From the NCBI GenBank assembly GCA_015680685.1, contig MNCI01002249.1:844424-908423 (forward strand): 64,000 nt of DNA. Direction: 5' to 3'. Shown here piece after piece: positions 1 through 13,042 of the stretch. Origin of the DNA: Gnetum montanum (taxonomy: Eukaryota; Plantae; Gnetophyta). Positions within the stretch are counted from its first letter, which is position 1; each line of letters opens with the position of its first letter. The notes under the pieces are model-generated. The model was not told where the DNA came from. It saw only the letters and a program-made list of their open reading frames with translations, and ran no database searches. The position numbers and the translations under genes are program-made.

Positions 1-1837
1 AAAGTAAGTCTCAAGCCCCTAGCAAACCAGGGCAAATATTTAAGCAATCAATTCCATTACCCTTAGCTTTTCTTCGAACAGCTGCGATAGCAGTCTGACC
101 AGTTGCTCCCACCGAAATCATTGCTATTCATCTCATTTTATACATGTAGTTGCTATCAAACTAACTCAAGGTTCATTGAACTAGACATATTCCCCAACTG
201 CCTAGAAACTTCTAGAAAAGTCTAGTTGATAATATTATTGGCATTGTTATTTATTCTAACAATTACCACCTCGATGCCAACATGAGGAACAAACTTGCGA
301 ATACACCCCCTTGACTAAATTTCATCTCAAAACGTGCACAATTCAATTTCAGGCCACATTTTGGATCTACATGCACAATAATACATTTGGGCAACAAATT
401 GGTAAGGACAATCCATCTTGCAAAATTGCAATGAACCCACAAGAACAATATATCCTTTGAAACCAGCAATATCTTGTGAAAATAGCAACAAACCTGTAAA
501 AACAACATGTCTTGCAAACACAACAAACCCATAAGAATAACCCATCTTGCAAATACAACAATGAACCCACAAGGACAACTTATCTTGCAAACACAGCAAC
601 AAACCTTATAAGAACAATATGTCTTGGAAAACAACAATGAACCTACAGGAGAAATATGTTTTGTGAAAACAGCAATGAACCTAGTAAGAACAATCTATCT
701 TGTAAAACAACAACAAACCTACAAGAGAAACTATGGATCACTAAGCCAACCACATATTCTTCTAATCTTCAATCAAGAGGAACTACATTCCAACCACAAT
801 TGGCTATAAAGAAATCAAAACCACTATCAAAAGGAACTACATTCCAACCACAATTGGTTGCAATCCTCAACACCAAAGTACATTCTTCTCCTCTGCCATT
901 TATGCTACTATCATAACCCGCAACTTCTGCAACTATGGTCACCCTATATACATCCACACTACCATTGACTTCACTATCATATTGCAATCCTCCTATGTCC
1001 TGTTTCATCATCGTCATCAATGATTGAGTTGTGATAAATCACACAACAACCTTGTTCATCACTAGCCACAACATCATTTTGAATTTGATGCTACCAAAAC
1101 CCTAGAAACTATATTGTTGGACCATATTTCTTGCTGAAACCTCTGCCCACCGGATCCAAAATTGTTATGACATCAATATCTCATTAAAATCAACACTGTA
1201 ACTAATGTGGCCATCACAATTATATTTCACCTAATCATTACACATGTCCTTGTTTATCGGTGTGAAACCCTCATCTACAACAAACAATAAACCAACTTTG
1301 CAAAAAACCCCTGCAGATCATCTACAATAAACCCTTGCAAACAAGCAATGAAGCTATACTTCATATGCACAAACCTTACATCAACTCAAATTTAACAATT
1401 TAATAGCTAAATTTGCAACTACCATTCTTCCACTTTACAACATCACCATACCTTCATCACCAATGTATAATCATATAAGCTCCAATACCATTGTGTTGCT
1501 ACATCTAACTTATCATTCAATTCTTACCACTATTAGGGCCCATTAACAATAACAGATTCTGCAATTGTAAACAAAAATTACCACAACAAATCAGTGCAAT
1601 AGAAACAAAAGCAACCACACATCTGAGGCCATCATGAAAGGCAAGAAACCAAAAGTAAGCTCTGAGCCCCTACCAAACTAGGACAAACACCCAAGCAATC
1701 AGTTCTATTACCCTTCATCTCATTTTATACATGTGGTTGCTTTCAAGCTAACCCAAGGTTCACTAAACCTAGACATTCTCCAATCACCTAGAAAATTCCA
1801 GTGGCTAAGATCATTTGCATTGTTATCAATTCCAATA
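1..1837 (-). mobile_element. Non-autonomous Copia-derived LTR element (TRIM/LARD-like), 3' LTR cut by the window edge
   Basis: Direct repeats 1-261 and ~1652-1837; 5' LTR 1494-1837; PBS TGGTATTGGAGC (tRNA-iMet type) at 1479-1490; purine tract before the 3' LTR at ~263-310; non-coding interior. Confidence 0.75.
410..740. repeat. Degenerate ~35-bp tandem repeat inside the element
   Basis: Recurrent ATCTTGCAAAACAGCAATGAACCCACAAGAACAAT-like units; they explain the Cys-rich spurious ORFs here. Confidence 0.75.
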
Positions 1838-1862
1838 GTATGGCCATGTGCTGAGAAAACCA

Positions 1863-3300
1863 TGTTATGAATGTGAAGTTAAATCTTGTGGCTCTATTAT
1901 TTATTTGGTAAATATGGTCTTTTTGTAAGGGATGACCTAGTGCTAGTTATTGGGTTCTTTCTAGATGGTTCTGTATCTGTTTTTAATGTAAAAGTGATTC
2001 TTTGGATTGTATGATAGCACCACATTTGGATCAACTGAACAATAAGAGCCAAGCTTATCTTGTAAAGGTTTCTCTCTATTCTAAAGGGCTTTACCTAATC
2101 TTACATCTCTTGTTTTGGTTGTGATTGTGGTTCTACACTTTGTTCATTATTTTCAAGATACTTCAAATTGTGCTATCTCTGTGTTATCTTTTGCATGTTA
2201 TGATTTTTCTGGTCCATTTACTCTGTTCCATTATTTTTCTTAACACAATGGTATTAGAGCAAGGTTAAGGGCTTGCTATTTTCTCTATGGCAAGTTCTTC
2301 TATGCACGCTGCACCAAAGTTCCATAGTTCACAGATGCAGTTTTGTAAAGAACAAATTTTCTAAAAGCCATAAAGTGGAAGCTATAAAAATTTTAAGTTC
2401 CAACTATGCTATTCATTGCAATAAAGAAACAAGTGGAGAGGTACATTTTAAATTACTTCTTTTGATTCACTGGACTTTTTGGTTTTTTATTTTGAAGTTT
2501 CTTGCTTGAGTGGAAGACTAGGAGTTACAGATCCAAACATGGATCTTGTTCAAAAGTTTAATGGAAGTTTCCACAGCCCTTGTAAGATGAAGATCCTAAA
2601 TTTGCTGTACAAAAGGGAATAGAATCTTGTTTTAACTAAAAAACCTTCTTCCATGACTGATGAAGATTGTCAAAATTTGTATCAAAAAGCATTGGGCTCA
2701 ATTCGCAAGTGCATTGCAAATCCAATTATAGTAGAATAGCAAGAGAAAAAATCAACATTCAATTTGATTAGAAAATTGGATTCAAGGTTTCCAACTACTA
2801 CATCCTACAACAGGATTTTTCTACATAAGAAATTACATCAACTTGAAATGCAAGAAGCTAACATGCCCTTTGAATTCTCAAACAAATTTAATTCCACAAT
2901 AGCAAATCTAAAAACAAGGCTTCAAATTTCAAGTGATGGGTGTCATTGATCTTGTTGGGAGCATTGTCAAGAAGTTGGTGTCATGTGGTGACAACAATCA
3001 ATGTCACTACCTTCATAGCAATAGACTATGAAGAAGTTGTTGTCATTCTTAAAATGGAAGAACTACATAGTTCTCAAAGTGGATAAACTTCATCAAAAAG
3101 AAAGGCACTAGTTACAAAGAGCAGTAAAAGAAAAAGGATATCAATTTGTTAGAAATGTGGAAAATGTCATTATGTAAAGAGAGATTGCAGGTTTGGTTTT
3201 GTTGGAGTCGTATCTAAAGCACATGCGGGAATTAAATTTTGTTAACTGTTTTGTTCTCTAAACATGTAAATATGGACGTTGTATAATTTGCAATGCCTTT
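1863..3300 (+). mobile_element. Copia gag-only element fragment (5' LTR, PBS, decayed gag)
   Basis: LTR ends TAACA at 2245; PBS TGGTATTAGAGC at 2249-2260; decayed Copia gag (KFNG, NRIFLHKKLHQLEMQE, CxxC knuckle near 3150). Confidence 0.7.
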
Positions 3301-3359
3301 TTATGCATGTCCAAATTAATGACACCAAGTCAAATGTAGGAAAGACCAGATATATAAAA

Positions 3360-3465
3360 GGATCATTACCTGGTGCCACAATGCTCATCCCGTTAAGCGG
3401 GGTGCCTAACCTCTTTGAGTGGTTGTGCGCAGGCTCAAACCTAGGTCTTTGAACTGAGAAAGACC
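3360..3465 (-). mobile_element. Degenerate Au-like tRNA-derived SINE
   Basis: CCTGGTGCCACAATGCTC...AAGCGGGGT...GGCTCAAACC resembles the reverse complement of plant Au SINEs (3' end and B box); recognised from memory. Confidence 0.4.
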
Positions 3466-3499
3466 AAATATATATGCCTCTAAATGCACAAAAACCCTT

Positions 3500-4932
3500 A
3501 TGAAGATGAAAAACCCTCTAAATTAAAGTGATGGGACTAGATGGTTTCCATGTAGATGTATGAAAGTCTATGCAAGATATTAAGATCACTTGGTTGACAA
3601 CTTCATTCAATAAGATTCAAGATGAGGAGAACATGCCAAATGATTGGAGGAGAAGCACAATACCCATGTACAAAAAACAAGGAAGACATTCAAAACTGTG
3701 GGAACTATAGAAGCATCAAGGTTATGAGCAACACCATGAAGTTATAGAAAAGCGCTATAGAATAACATTCAAGGCAAAAATCAATTGTTTCTAAGAATCA
3801 GTTGGCTTTTATGCTAGATGATTAACTATGAAAGTTATTTTCTTGCTAAAGTAGTCATGGAGAAATTTAGTGTAAGAAGTAGAATCTATATATGATTTTC
3901 ATTGATTTGAAGAAAGCCTAGATTATTTGGTGGGAGTTAAAGTAAAAGGGTATTCCTATTACATAAATAAAAGCTATTCAAAACATGCATGATTGAGTTG
4001 CTACTCAAGTTTGCATCATCTGTGCAAAGATTATGGACATGCACATAAAGGTAGGGAGGATTTTCTCTAAGCCATTATTTGTTTCTTATTATCATGGATG
4101 AACTAACTAAAGAAATTTAAGATGATATCCTTTGGTGTATGCTCTTTACAAATGATATTATATTGGTGGACAAATTTAAGGAAGCCTTGGCTATGAAAAT
4201 GTAGACTTGGAGTACCATAGATCCAATGGGATTGAGTAAAACTAAATACATTAAGTGCATTTTTGGTTAAATATTGAGTAATGAAGATATGAAGATTAGA
4301 ATTCAAAAGCAAGAAGTTATTCAATGTAATCAATTCAGATACTTGGGATCACTTGTTCAAATGGATAGTGAGATTAACAATGATGTGACAAACGAAATTC
4401 AAGCAGAATCGTGAAATAGCAACAAGCTGGTGTTGTGCTTTGTGATAAAAGAATCTTTGCTAAGTTGAAGGGAAAGTTCTACTGAACTACTATATACAAT
4501 CCTTTATGGTGCAAAAAGTTGGCCTATCAAAAGCATTATGCTCAACACATGCATGTCGCAGACATGTGAATGCTTAGGTGGATATTGGTTGTCATTAGAA
4601 AAGATCACATGAACTCTCTTATGAGGGGAAGTTTCCAGATGGCACCCATACATGAGCAGATTGAGAAAATGTCATCTTAGATAGTTTAATCTTAGATGGT
4701 TTAATAATGTGCTGAGAAAACCAGAGAATGCACTGGTTAGAATAGGTCACTTGATGAAAGTTGAGAGAAAATGACAAAGGCGGACCTAAACATACTTGGT
4801 ATGCATGCAAAACAAGGATATCCAAGATTTGAGTGTTAATGCATATTGCCTACTAATAGAAGTGAATGGCAAAAAAGAATTCATATAGCCAACCGCATAT
4901 AGTTGGGATAAGGCTAAGATGATGATTATGAT
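3500..4932 (+). mobile_element. 5'-truncated RTE-clade LINE (decayed RT)
   Basis: Remnants MPNDWRRST, EDIQNCGNYRSIKVMSNTMKL, FIDLKKA, FRYLGS; RTE-type 3' end ATTCATATAGCCAACC...GGGATAAGGCT followed by a (GAT)n tail. Confidence 0.88.
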
Positions 4933-5307
4933 CATAAATATGGAATGGACTTGCGTTGACAACAAAGATTGAATATAGCCATTGGATCATTGTACTGAAA
5001 AACTCAAGTCATACATGTGTGTATAGCCATCTCATAAATTGTGTACATATCAAATAGCTGAAGAACATAAATGTAATTCTTGCATTTTTTTTACTATGGC
5101 AAGAAAAAGAAAATTTCCAACAGCATGAAACGGGATGGAGAATACCTAACGATGCTTTTTAAAATACATGCAACGATGGCAATTAAATCTCTGCAATTTT
5201 CCCTGAAATATCCTACATCATACCAAAAATCTTTAAAAGATTTGGAACTACATGGCAGCCTTTACATGGACAGGTAAGATGCAAGATACTGCATATTGCT
5301 CTTAGAT

Positions 5308-5425
5308 GTGAGCGATGTTAGAAATCTAAGGGCCACTTTTGAGGGTGGTAGGGGCCACTTAAGGGCCCCTTTTGTGGTTATGTTGTTAGTGGTGTCGAGG
5401 TGCTGGCCCCCATCCTCTGCTTTGT
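5308..5425. mobile_element. Possible MITE remnant
   Basis: Short GC-rich island with GGGGCC/GGCCCC motifs in an AT-rich intron; termini not resolved. Confidence 0.25.
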
Positions 5426-6000
5426 AATCTCAGCTCTCCGACCTTATCACAGTGGTGGTTTGGTTGTGTGGAGGTTCTATACCCTCCTCCCCCCGGCCCA
5501 CCCTTTGTATTTCCGTTCTGAATTTTTTTTGAAATATAATTACCCAACCTTTTCTTTTAAAAAAAAACCTTGACGAAAGAAACCAAAATCTGTTATTTAT
5601 TTGTATTAAACAAAAATATAAAACAGTATACAATACATAGATATGGTTTATGCTTAGATAACAAGAAATTTTCATAAAGAAAACGCTGCAACCAAATTCT
5701 GTCCAACAGATTAAACGGAACTCCCTTAAAATACAAGAATTCCTATTTCTGCACCTGCGTCATAAAATATAGTTGGATAGTTGCTATTTGTGTTTCATTA
5801 GTAATTTCTTATTTCTTATTCACTGAAGAGGAAAAAAATGCATATGAACATTAACATATTTATAGTAACAAAAAGAACATGACCAGCATTCAAACCTGCA
5901 CCACTATTCTGAAAACAAAACATCTATTTATATAAATTGTGCAACATGTTTTCCCTTTTTTATGGTTGAAAAATTGTGCAAACTGTTTTTTAAAAAGTAC

Positions 6001-6153
6001 CATATATGCATTCGAAAATGCATTGCAATGTTGCTGGAAATGAATTAGCTGCTTTAATAGAATGGCAAAATGCAGAGAGCAACTGCACTTTCATTGAAAG
6101 ACTAACGGGAGAAATCCGTTCCTCAGCAGAAATTCTTTCATCCTTAACGGTAC
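6001..6153 (-). CDS. ECM29: ECM29 exon 8 (later exons lie left of the window)
   Basis: ttcag|GTVKDERISAEERISPVSLSMKVQLLSAFCHSIKAANSFPATLQCIFECIY(G)|gtac; conserved AANSFPATLQCIF; follows a 6.1-kb intron. Confidence 0.92.
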
Positions 6154-6679
6154 CTGAACAAAAGTTAAAAGAATAATTTTTAAAACCAACCAACAGAGAG
6201 AGAGATTAAACCTTTTTTTAGTTAAGTTAGGATTTAGGTATCAATGAATTCTGATGAATAAATAATACCTAACTACAATTAAGAAAACCAAAACTTTTTT
6301 AATTATTATGATAAATTTTTCTGACACGTTAATTCCTGTCTGTCATAACTTCTTAACATCACCATACCCCTTGCATGTGGTAGTCCAGAAATAAATGTTC
6401 CGCAAGTTGCATTTTTATCCCTTGAATGTGGCAGTTGAGAACTAAATGTTAGTGCAATGTTGCATATAGGTAAACAATAAGTGATACTTAGGACCCCTAA
6501 TATTTAAACAGTAATTTAAAATAATAATTCCAGCTTTTCAAAAAAAAAACGTTTTTTGAATAAGAGATATAATAAAACTTTAAAAAGAATTACCCTTTTA
6601 TACAGTTGAAAGTTTTGAAATTTTGACTTGCTCAGGTATGTGTCCCCACCAAGCACCTTTCCAATTATTGATATATCAA

Positions 6680-8160
6680 ATTAATGAGGAAATTGGATCC
6701 AAGGTTTCAAGCTACTAAACCCTTTAAAAGGGCTTCTCTATATAGGAAACTATATTGACTTAAAATGCAAGAATCTTACTCTCTGAATTTTTGGCCAAAT
6801 TTAATGCCACAATGGCAGATCTAGAAGCAGTAGGTCACAAAGTTTCAAGTGATAAATGCTCCTTGATCTTTTTAAGAGCATTGCCAAGGACCTAGAGTGA
6901 CGCAATGACAACAATCAGTGTCAACACCTTCACAGCAATGGATGATGAGGAAGGAGATCTGCAAACAGTGGATCACAAGGTTTCGAGTAATGAATGCTCA
7001 TTGATGCTGTTAGGAGAATTGCTAGGAAGTTGGGGTCATACAGTGCCAATACCTTCAAAGCAATGGACTATGAAAAAGTCATCATTCTTAGAATGGAAGA
7101 AGTGTGTCATTTTCAGTGGGAAAGCTTCATCAGAAAATCAAGCACTGGTTCCAAAAAATAGTTATGAAAAATGATAACGAATTTGTTGGAAATGTGTTGT
7201 TAATAAGTGGCTATGTAAAGAAAGATTACAAGTTTGCTTCTACTGAATGTGTATCTGAAGCAGAAGCATGAATTAAATTTTGACATCTGTTATGTACTTT
7301 GAATATGTAAACATGGATGTTGTATAGTTTGCAATGTCATTTTGTGTTGTATCTATGTTTATGTTTACTGAAGACGAATCTGTTGACACTAAAGAGGAAT
7401 TCTCGCTTACATAAGAGTGGCATTCTCTATTGCCTCTTTATTCCCACAGGTTAATGCAAGATCTTAGTTTGGAAGGGTGCTCAGAAGTTGAGAGGCCATA
7501 GTGTTATGGTGGAGAGCTTTCAGGTTTTGTAATAACTATTGTTTTGTTCTCTCTATCATGTTCCTACCTTAGGTTAATTTAGGCATGGAAGTTTGCTCCT
7601 TGTTGACAATTTTCATGGAAGGTGTGCCATTGAAGTGAGATGTCATGCGACTAAATGGGATAAAATCTTCATGGAGAAGAGTAGTTGCTTAGCGTAGAAG
7701 CAAGATTTATCTTCAAATGTAATATTGGGATGAATGTGAAGCTAAATCTTATAGTTTAATTATTTAATTGACACATCTAGTTTTTTTGTAAGGGATGAGC
7801 TATTGTTAATTAATATGTTCTTTCTAAATGGTTCTACAGGTTTTTTAAAAAAATTTATAAGTGATTCTCTAGAATGTTCTACATTTTTGAGATCCTTCTA
7901 GAAGGATAGCTTCTAGATATTTGTAGATTAGAGTCTATAACATGTTTTTGCCTATTTAAGGGTTGGATCCCTGCTCATTGTTGTGTGAACACCTCATTTG
8001 GATCAATTAAGCATAAAAAGTTGGGCTTCTCTTATAGAGGTTTCCCTCTATTCTTAAGGGGTTCACCTCATAAATCTTATGTTTCTTATTTGTAGTTTTG
8101 CATTAGCTGTTGTTCTGGTTCCACTTTCAGTTTTGGGTTTCATTCATTATACCATGAACA
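6680..8160 (+). mobile_element. Second copy (3' part) of the gag-only Copia element
   Basis: 6690-7340 is homologous to 2765-3290, with an internal duplication; no pol; LTR ~7723-8160 is homologous to 1863-2245. Confidence 0.7.
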
Positions 8161-8421
8161 AGAAGCTTATAGGTAAGTAGAATTAGTTTGGTAAAGAATG
8201 TCCGCAAACAAGAATAGACATCAAAATTTCTTATAATAATTAAGTTTTAACCAAGAAATACATAAAATTAATTCATTGGAAAAAGATACTTTCTAGAGAA
8301 GCATCAAGAATATATGGTACAAATGATACAAGATCTACAACATACTTGGAAACTTCTCAAAAGTAAAGTTTTTCCAAGAAATGATATATTATTTGCAAAA
8401 ATTCAAATATTCTACAAACAA

Positions 8422-8490
8422 TGAGGTGTTAGCTTAGTAGTAAGACTCTTGACTTGGCAACCCCAGGTCATAAGTTCAATTTCAATAGGC
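8422..8490 (+). mobile_element. tRNA-derived SINE head
   Basis: TGAGGTGTTAGCTTAGTAGTAAGACTCTTGA (A box) ... AAGTTCAATTTC (decayed B box); homologous copy at ~63555-63618. Confidence 0.55.
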
Positions 8491-8494
8491 AGCA

Positions 8495-8618
8495 CTGAGT
8501 TATAGATAAAACAATTCCATAAAGGGAATTCTGAAACTGGATAGATCCAAGGGGTCCTGAGTTATAGATAAAACAATTCCATAAAGGGAATTCTGAAACT
8601 GGATAGATCCAAGGGGTC
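8495..8618. repeat. Perfect 62-bp tandem duplication
   Basis: 8495-8556 is identical to 8557-8618. Confidence 0.9.
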
Positions 8619-9009
8619 TCAGTAGATGGGGAAGTAAAAGAATTCAATTTCAGTTCATAATTAGATACATGAACCAAAAAATTTTACAGCTTAAATATTA
8701 CGAAAGTAACAAAGGGAATTTAAAATTTGACATATGAAAAAGCAATAGGCCCAAAAGGATTATATGCTGAATTATTAAAATGTAGTGGACAATTAGTTTG
8801 GACTGAAACTTGAAAAAGACATGATAAAGACCTTCAAAATAATTTTTAAAAAGAGTAGTATACAAGTTGTGCTTTTTAAAAAAAGTAAACAAATTGTATT
8901 TAAATAATTATAAATTGATCATGATTAATAACTTGTTTGCAAAATTGCTATGCACCATTCTAGAGAAAAACTAGGATGCTGGGTAGACGAAAATAATTTA
9001 TATGTAGTC

Positions 9010-10310
9010 TATTGGAGTACATAGCAATGTCAATATTATTTACCAATAGAATTTTCTGAAATTTTTTACGCAATTGAAAATTAAGTCCAAGTTCAATGAA
9101 CAGTGGATTAGGCTGTAAACAGCCACATCTATAAATTAAGATGTCAAATGTGTAGTTGGTTTTGTTTTTGTTGGCCTAGTTCATTCGACTAATACTTGTT
9201 TCTAATCACAAAATTCATTATTGTCAATAGGCCCTAACAATAGTATCGAAGCCTATGTGAATTGACATCAATAATGAAGACATGAGCATTCTTGCATAGC
9301 AAAACACTAGTCACAAATATATCTACCAATTTGTCATGTTTGAGCAAGTGCAATGTATATGCATATAAAGGAGCACTTTGTTGGTGGTCTGTGAGGATTT
9401 GTTGCAGATGAGGGTTTTGCAAGATAAATAATAGGCTGATATATAGCAACAAGGTAAGGTACAACTGCGATGCTTGTGATGGGCACAATTATGATATTAA
9501 TTATAAGCACATTGTATGTAATGATTTTGCTAATGATGGCCAAGATTTTATGCAAGGTAGCCATGGTTTTGATGCCTATTCATAATTTTAGATCTCGTGA
9601 CTGCAACTTAAAACATGGTATGCAACAATTTCAACATGAAGAGCAATTTAGCACTAAGGGCAACACAATATCAAGGTTCATGACAGCATTAGTCGTGAAA
9701 TCATGCTACAACTTGCAACCAATGGGACCACAATTGTGGGATTTGCAACTTAGTGATAGTGGCAACAGCACAGCAAGTTACATGAGTAGTACAACATGAT
9801 GGCAAAGTTAGTACCCCTACAATTGTATGCACTGTGGCAATGGCTGCAGAGTTTGTGGGCACTGGTGGCTTTATAATTGAGGAGAATGGTGTACCTTGTT
9901 GTCAAAGATAGCAAATGGCACTAGTGCCTTTAGGCAGCTGAGCTGGCTCTGTAGCAGCAAAGTATGACTGGAAGCTACGGTAGAAGTAGTTGGAACGCAA
10001 CAACAATTTTGGTTGGAATACAGAGATTTCCTGTCATGGTTGTCATTTTAGACTGAAATATGTTGCTAGTGTTTGGGCAAATTTGCATACTGTTTGTACT
10101 TCTCTCACAAGGCATGAAATTGAATAGTGCACATGTTGAGATGCAATATAGGTTAGGGGGATTTAATCCTAAATTTGTCCCTCATGTTTGTATTAAGAGA
10201 GTGATTGGTTGGAATAGATAGCAACGCCAACATTATCAGCCACTAGATTTTTCTGGCAGTTTTCTAGGTGCTTTGAGAATAAGTCCAAGTTTAATGAACC
10301 TCTGGTTATC
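9010..10310 (+). mobile_element. Non-autonomous Copia-derived element, same family as 1-1837, opposite orientation
   Basis: 5' LTR 9010-9239; decayed PBS TAGTATCGAAGC at 9241-9252; 10110-10310 is the reverse-complement homolog of 160-350; partial 3' LTR. Confidence 0.7.
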
Positions 10311-12249
10311 TGGTCAATTTTACAGCAATATATAAGTAAAGTAAAGTTGTCACTTTTACCAACATTGTTTGGCATGTTTATTGATGATGAACTAGAAGAG
10401 TAGATTAAACAAGTACCTAAAAATTATGCTATTAAAGTGGACCAATCATTTATAGCAAATTACAATCAGTAGAAAATAAAAGAAAAAAACGCAATTAAGT
10501 AGATGTAAGATAAAAGATTGCATTACCCTCTAAAAAGTAGATGTAAAAATAATAAAAACTGAATAAGCAGGTAATTATGACATAATGTATATAAATCCCT
10601 TCATCTCTACGCTACCAACATATGTTCAACATGTTCTAGACACAAAAAATTATAGTATACTATTTTAGTATAAGCTTTGTAATCCTAGGCTATATTTTTA
10701 AAGTAAAAAACCATAATGTTTTAAAGAAACATAATATTTTGTTCAAATACCTCATATCATTAGCCATGTACCTGGAAGCACCCTCAACTTTATTAATCTG
10801 AACTACTATCCTACTTGAATAATAAAATATGAAAAAGAAAATATCATCAATTTATACTTTTATTATTTTATTTAGCATTTTTGTTCTCTAAAATCAGATT
10901 TCCTTAAGAAGCTTAGGAGAATTATGCAAAACATCATGAGTTTTTGTAAACAGTCAATTGAACTATTTGAAAAATTTCAGCTAAAAAATTTATGAAATAA
11001 TGATAACCAAGTTAAAAACTTGGACAGTTTTCATCAATTAAGCTATTTTTGGGAGACTTTTTAATCATTTGTGGAACCAATAAGAGAAATTATAATTTTC
11101 AACTAAAAGATAGACAGCTTGGGGTCATAGATACATTTATAGATATTTGAGACTAAAATGTTCTCAAAATAATAAATGGAAGCATTGTATATCACAATGG
11201 GTTGCAAATGGCTGAAACGTTTTATACACAATGAAAAATACACGTATCAATCACTTTAATTAGACTTATGAAATTGTGAAAAAATCTAGCTCAAACAATT
11301 GTGCAACCTGCAATACTATATGGATGTATAGTTTGGGTCCAAAGTCTTATCAAAAATGTTATAAGAAGATTGAAAATCTTCAAAAACAATTCTTGGTAAA
11401 TGAATTCAAGATCAAAATTTAAGTCCCATATGCAATACTTTTATTATAAGTTAATATGTTGCACTTGGAAGCTGACGCAATGTATCAATTTTTAACTTTC
11501 TATCTGAATAATAAACATAAGTAATAAGATCTAAGAAGAGATCATCGAAAAATCTCAGCAATGAAGATGGTATCACCAAGGAAAACCATGGCTATAAAAA
11601 TTGTTTAAAAAGAAAGTTCTAACAAGATGGCAAAGCACAGCACAAATCAAATGAAGCTTCAATTTTATTGAAACAACATTAGAAGTGACATGCATAATGA
11701 AGTAAAATATCTGCATGCAGTTATTCCTATATCCATGCAAACACTAATAAGTAGATCAATCACCTTCAAGTTGAAACAGGAAAATGGAATAATGTACAAC
11801 ATGAAAACAGAATATGTCAATTGTGCCTACAAAAAGTGGTAGAAGATGAGTAACATATATTATTAAATTGCTGCAAAATTGATTTCTTCAGAAGAAAATA
11901 GCAAACAATTAGTAAAACTTTCTATGAGTTATTTAAGCTACTAATGTTAGTTCTATATCATTATATAGAAGAAGAGTTCAAACTACATTATTATTGGATG
12001 CATATGTTGAAACCAGGATTTACTTACAACTAATTTGTCTGACAGATTTTCTGGGTTTATACAGACATAATTAAACTTCAGCTTTGCAGTTTGCTTAGAA
12101 AAACTTTATATAAAACAGTGACTATAAAACCGTTGGGATCTGTTTTTCAATCAAACTAAAATAACTAAGAAGAAACACCAACAAATATTGAGAATAATTT
12201 GCAAATTAATGTGAAAATTAACTTTAAAATTTTTAATGGATATTCACAC

Positions 12250-12356
12250 CTTGAAAAAGTGAAAAAAGATTGCCAATGAGACCATGGTCTTCCAAATTAG
12301 TGTTACTTGATATCCTCTTGAAAAGCTGTTCTCCTCTTCGTGCAACACTATCCTGG
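12250..12356 (-). CDS. ECM29: ECM29 exon 7
   Basis: tag|(S)QDSVARRGEQLFKRISSNTNLEDHGLIGNLFSLFQ(G)|gtgtga. Confidence 0.9.
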
Positions 12357-12473
12357 CTAACAACATACATATTCTACTGCATGAGGCTTGCATTCATTCT
12401 GTTCAAATATAATGGGTACATTGTGGATAGAATGAAATGATGTCCATTAAATATTCTTCTTCATACAGCTAAC

Positions 12474-12556
12474 CTGTCAATGCTAGCTGCAAGATACAGG
12501 GGGTAGATAAGCTCAGCGGGCAAATTTATGCTCTCTATAACATTGAGGATTCCAAG
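12474..12556 (-). CDS. ECM29: ECM29 exon 6
   Basis: cag|LGILNVIESINLPAELIYPLYLAASID(S)|gttag. Confidence 0.92.
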
Positions 12557-12716
12557 CTGATAAAAACGTTAGACCAGGATTAGCTGTGCAGCTACCATAA
12601 TTATCATGACATATCAGCCTATATGGATGATAATCATCCTAGGGGTGAACATGACATATTGTGTTAAATTGCTTCTGACTTAGTGAAAATAACATCATTG
12701 TTTATGGAAAACATAC

Positions 12717-12807
12717 CTTTCTCTTTAATAATTGCTCACCCCTTAGGGAATTGTTTCCAGCAATACGACGAACCTCTGAAATTGAAAGTCCTGGTGGACA
12801 ATGCAAC
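12717..12807 (-). CDS. ECM29: ECM29 exon 5
   Basis: tttgcag|(R)LHCPPGLSISEVRRIAGNNSLRGEQLLKRK|gtatgt; phase matches exon 4. Confidence 0.9.
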
Positions 12808-12899
12808 CTGCAAAGAAATAACATAATAAGCAGAAATGTCCAAACATTATCTTAAGTATGCATGCATCTTACTCTTAATGTTGGAGGCCAATACATCAC

Positions 12900-13042
12900 C
12901 GTTCAGGATTTGATGAAGGGGATTGGTACAAAATTGTCTTAAGGCAAAACCCCAAAAACAGGCTCAACTCTTCTCCTTCACAAATTCTTTTGTACTTTTC
13001 AGCAGTTGCTTCATCAATTTTTTGGAAATGGCATTCAATAAC
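12900..13042 (-). CDS. ECM29: ECM29 exon 4
   Basis: tag|VIECHFQKIDEATAEKYKRICEGEELSLFLGFCLKTILYQSPSSNPE(R)|gtgatg; 143 nt, phase 0/2. Confidence 0.87.

Noticed and set aside
263-1020. Cys/Phe-rich ORFs on both strands
   Set aside because: They are products of a tandem repeat inside a non-coding LTR element.
5700-5900. ECM29 exon 9 at acceptor-like GCAG|GT sites
   Set aside because: The translations do not resemble the expected continuation (roughly GMEFTVWVFKH) and at least one soon reaches a stop.
1863-8160. One LTR element that captured ECM29 exon 8
   Set aside because: The two halves overlap in gag sequence, so they are separate copies; exon 8 is in phase with the native gene.
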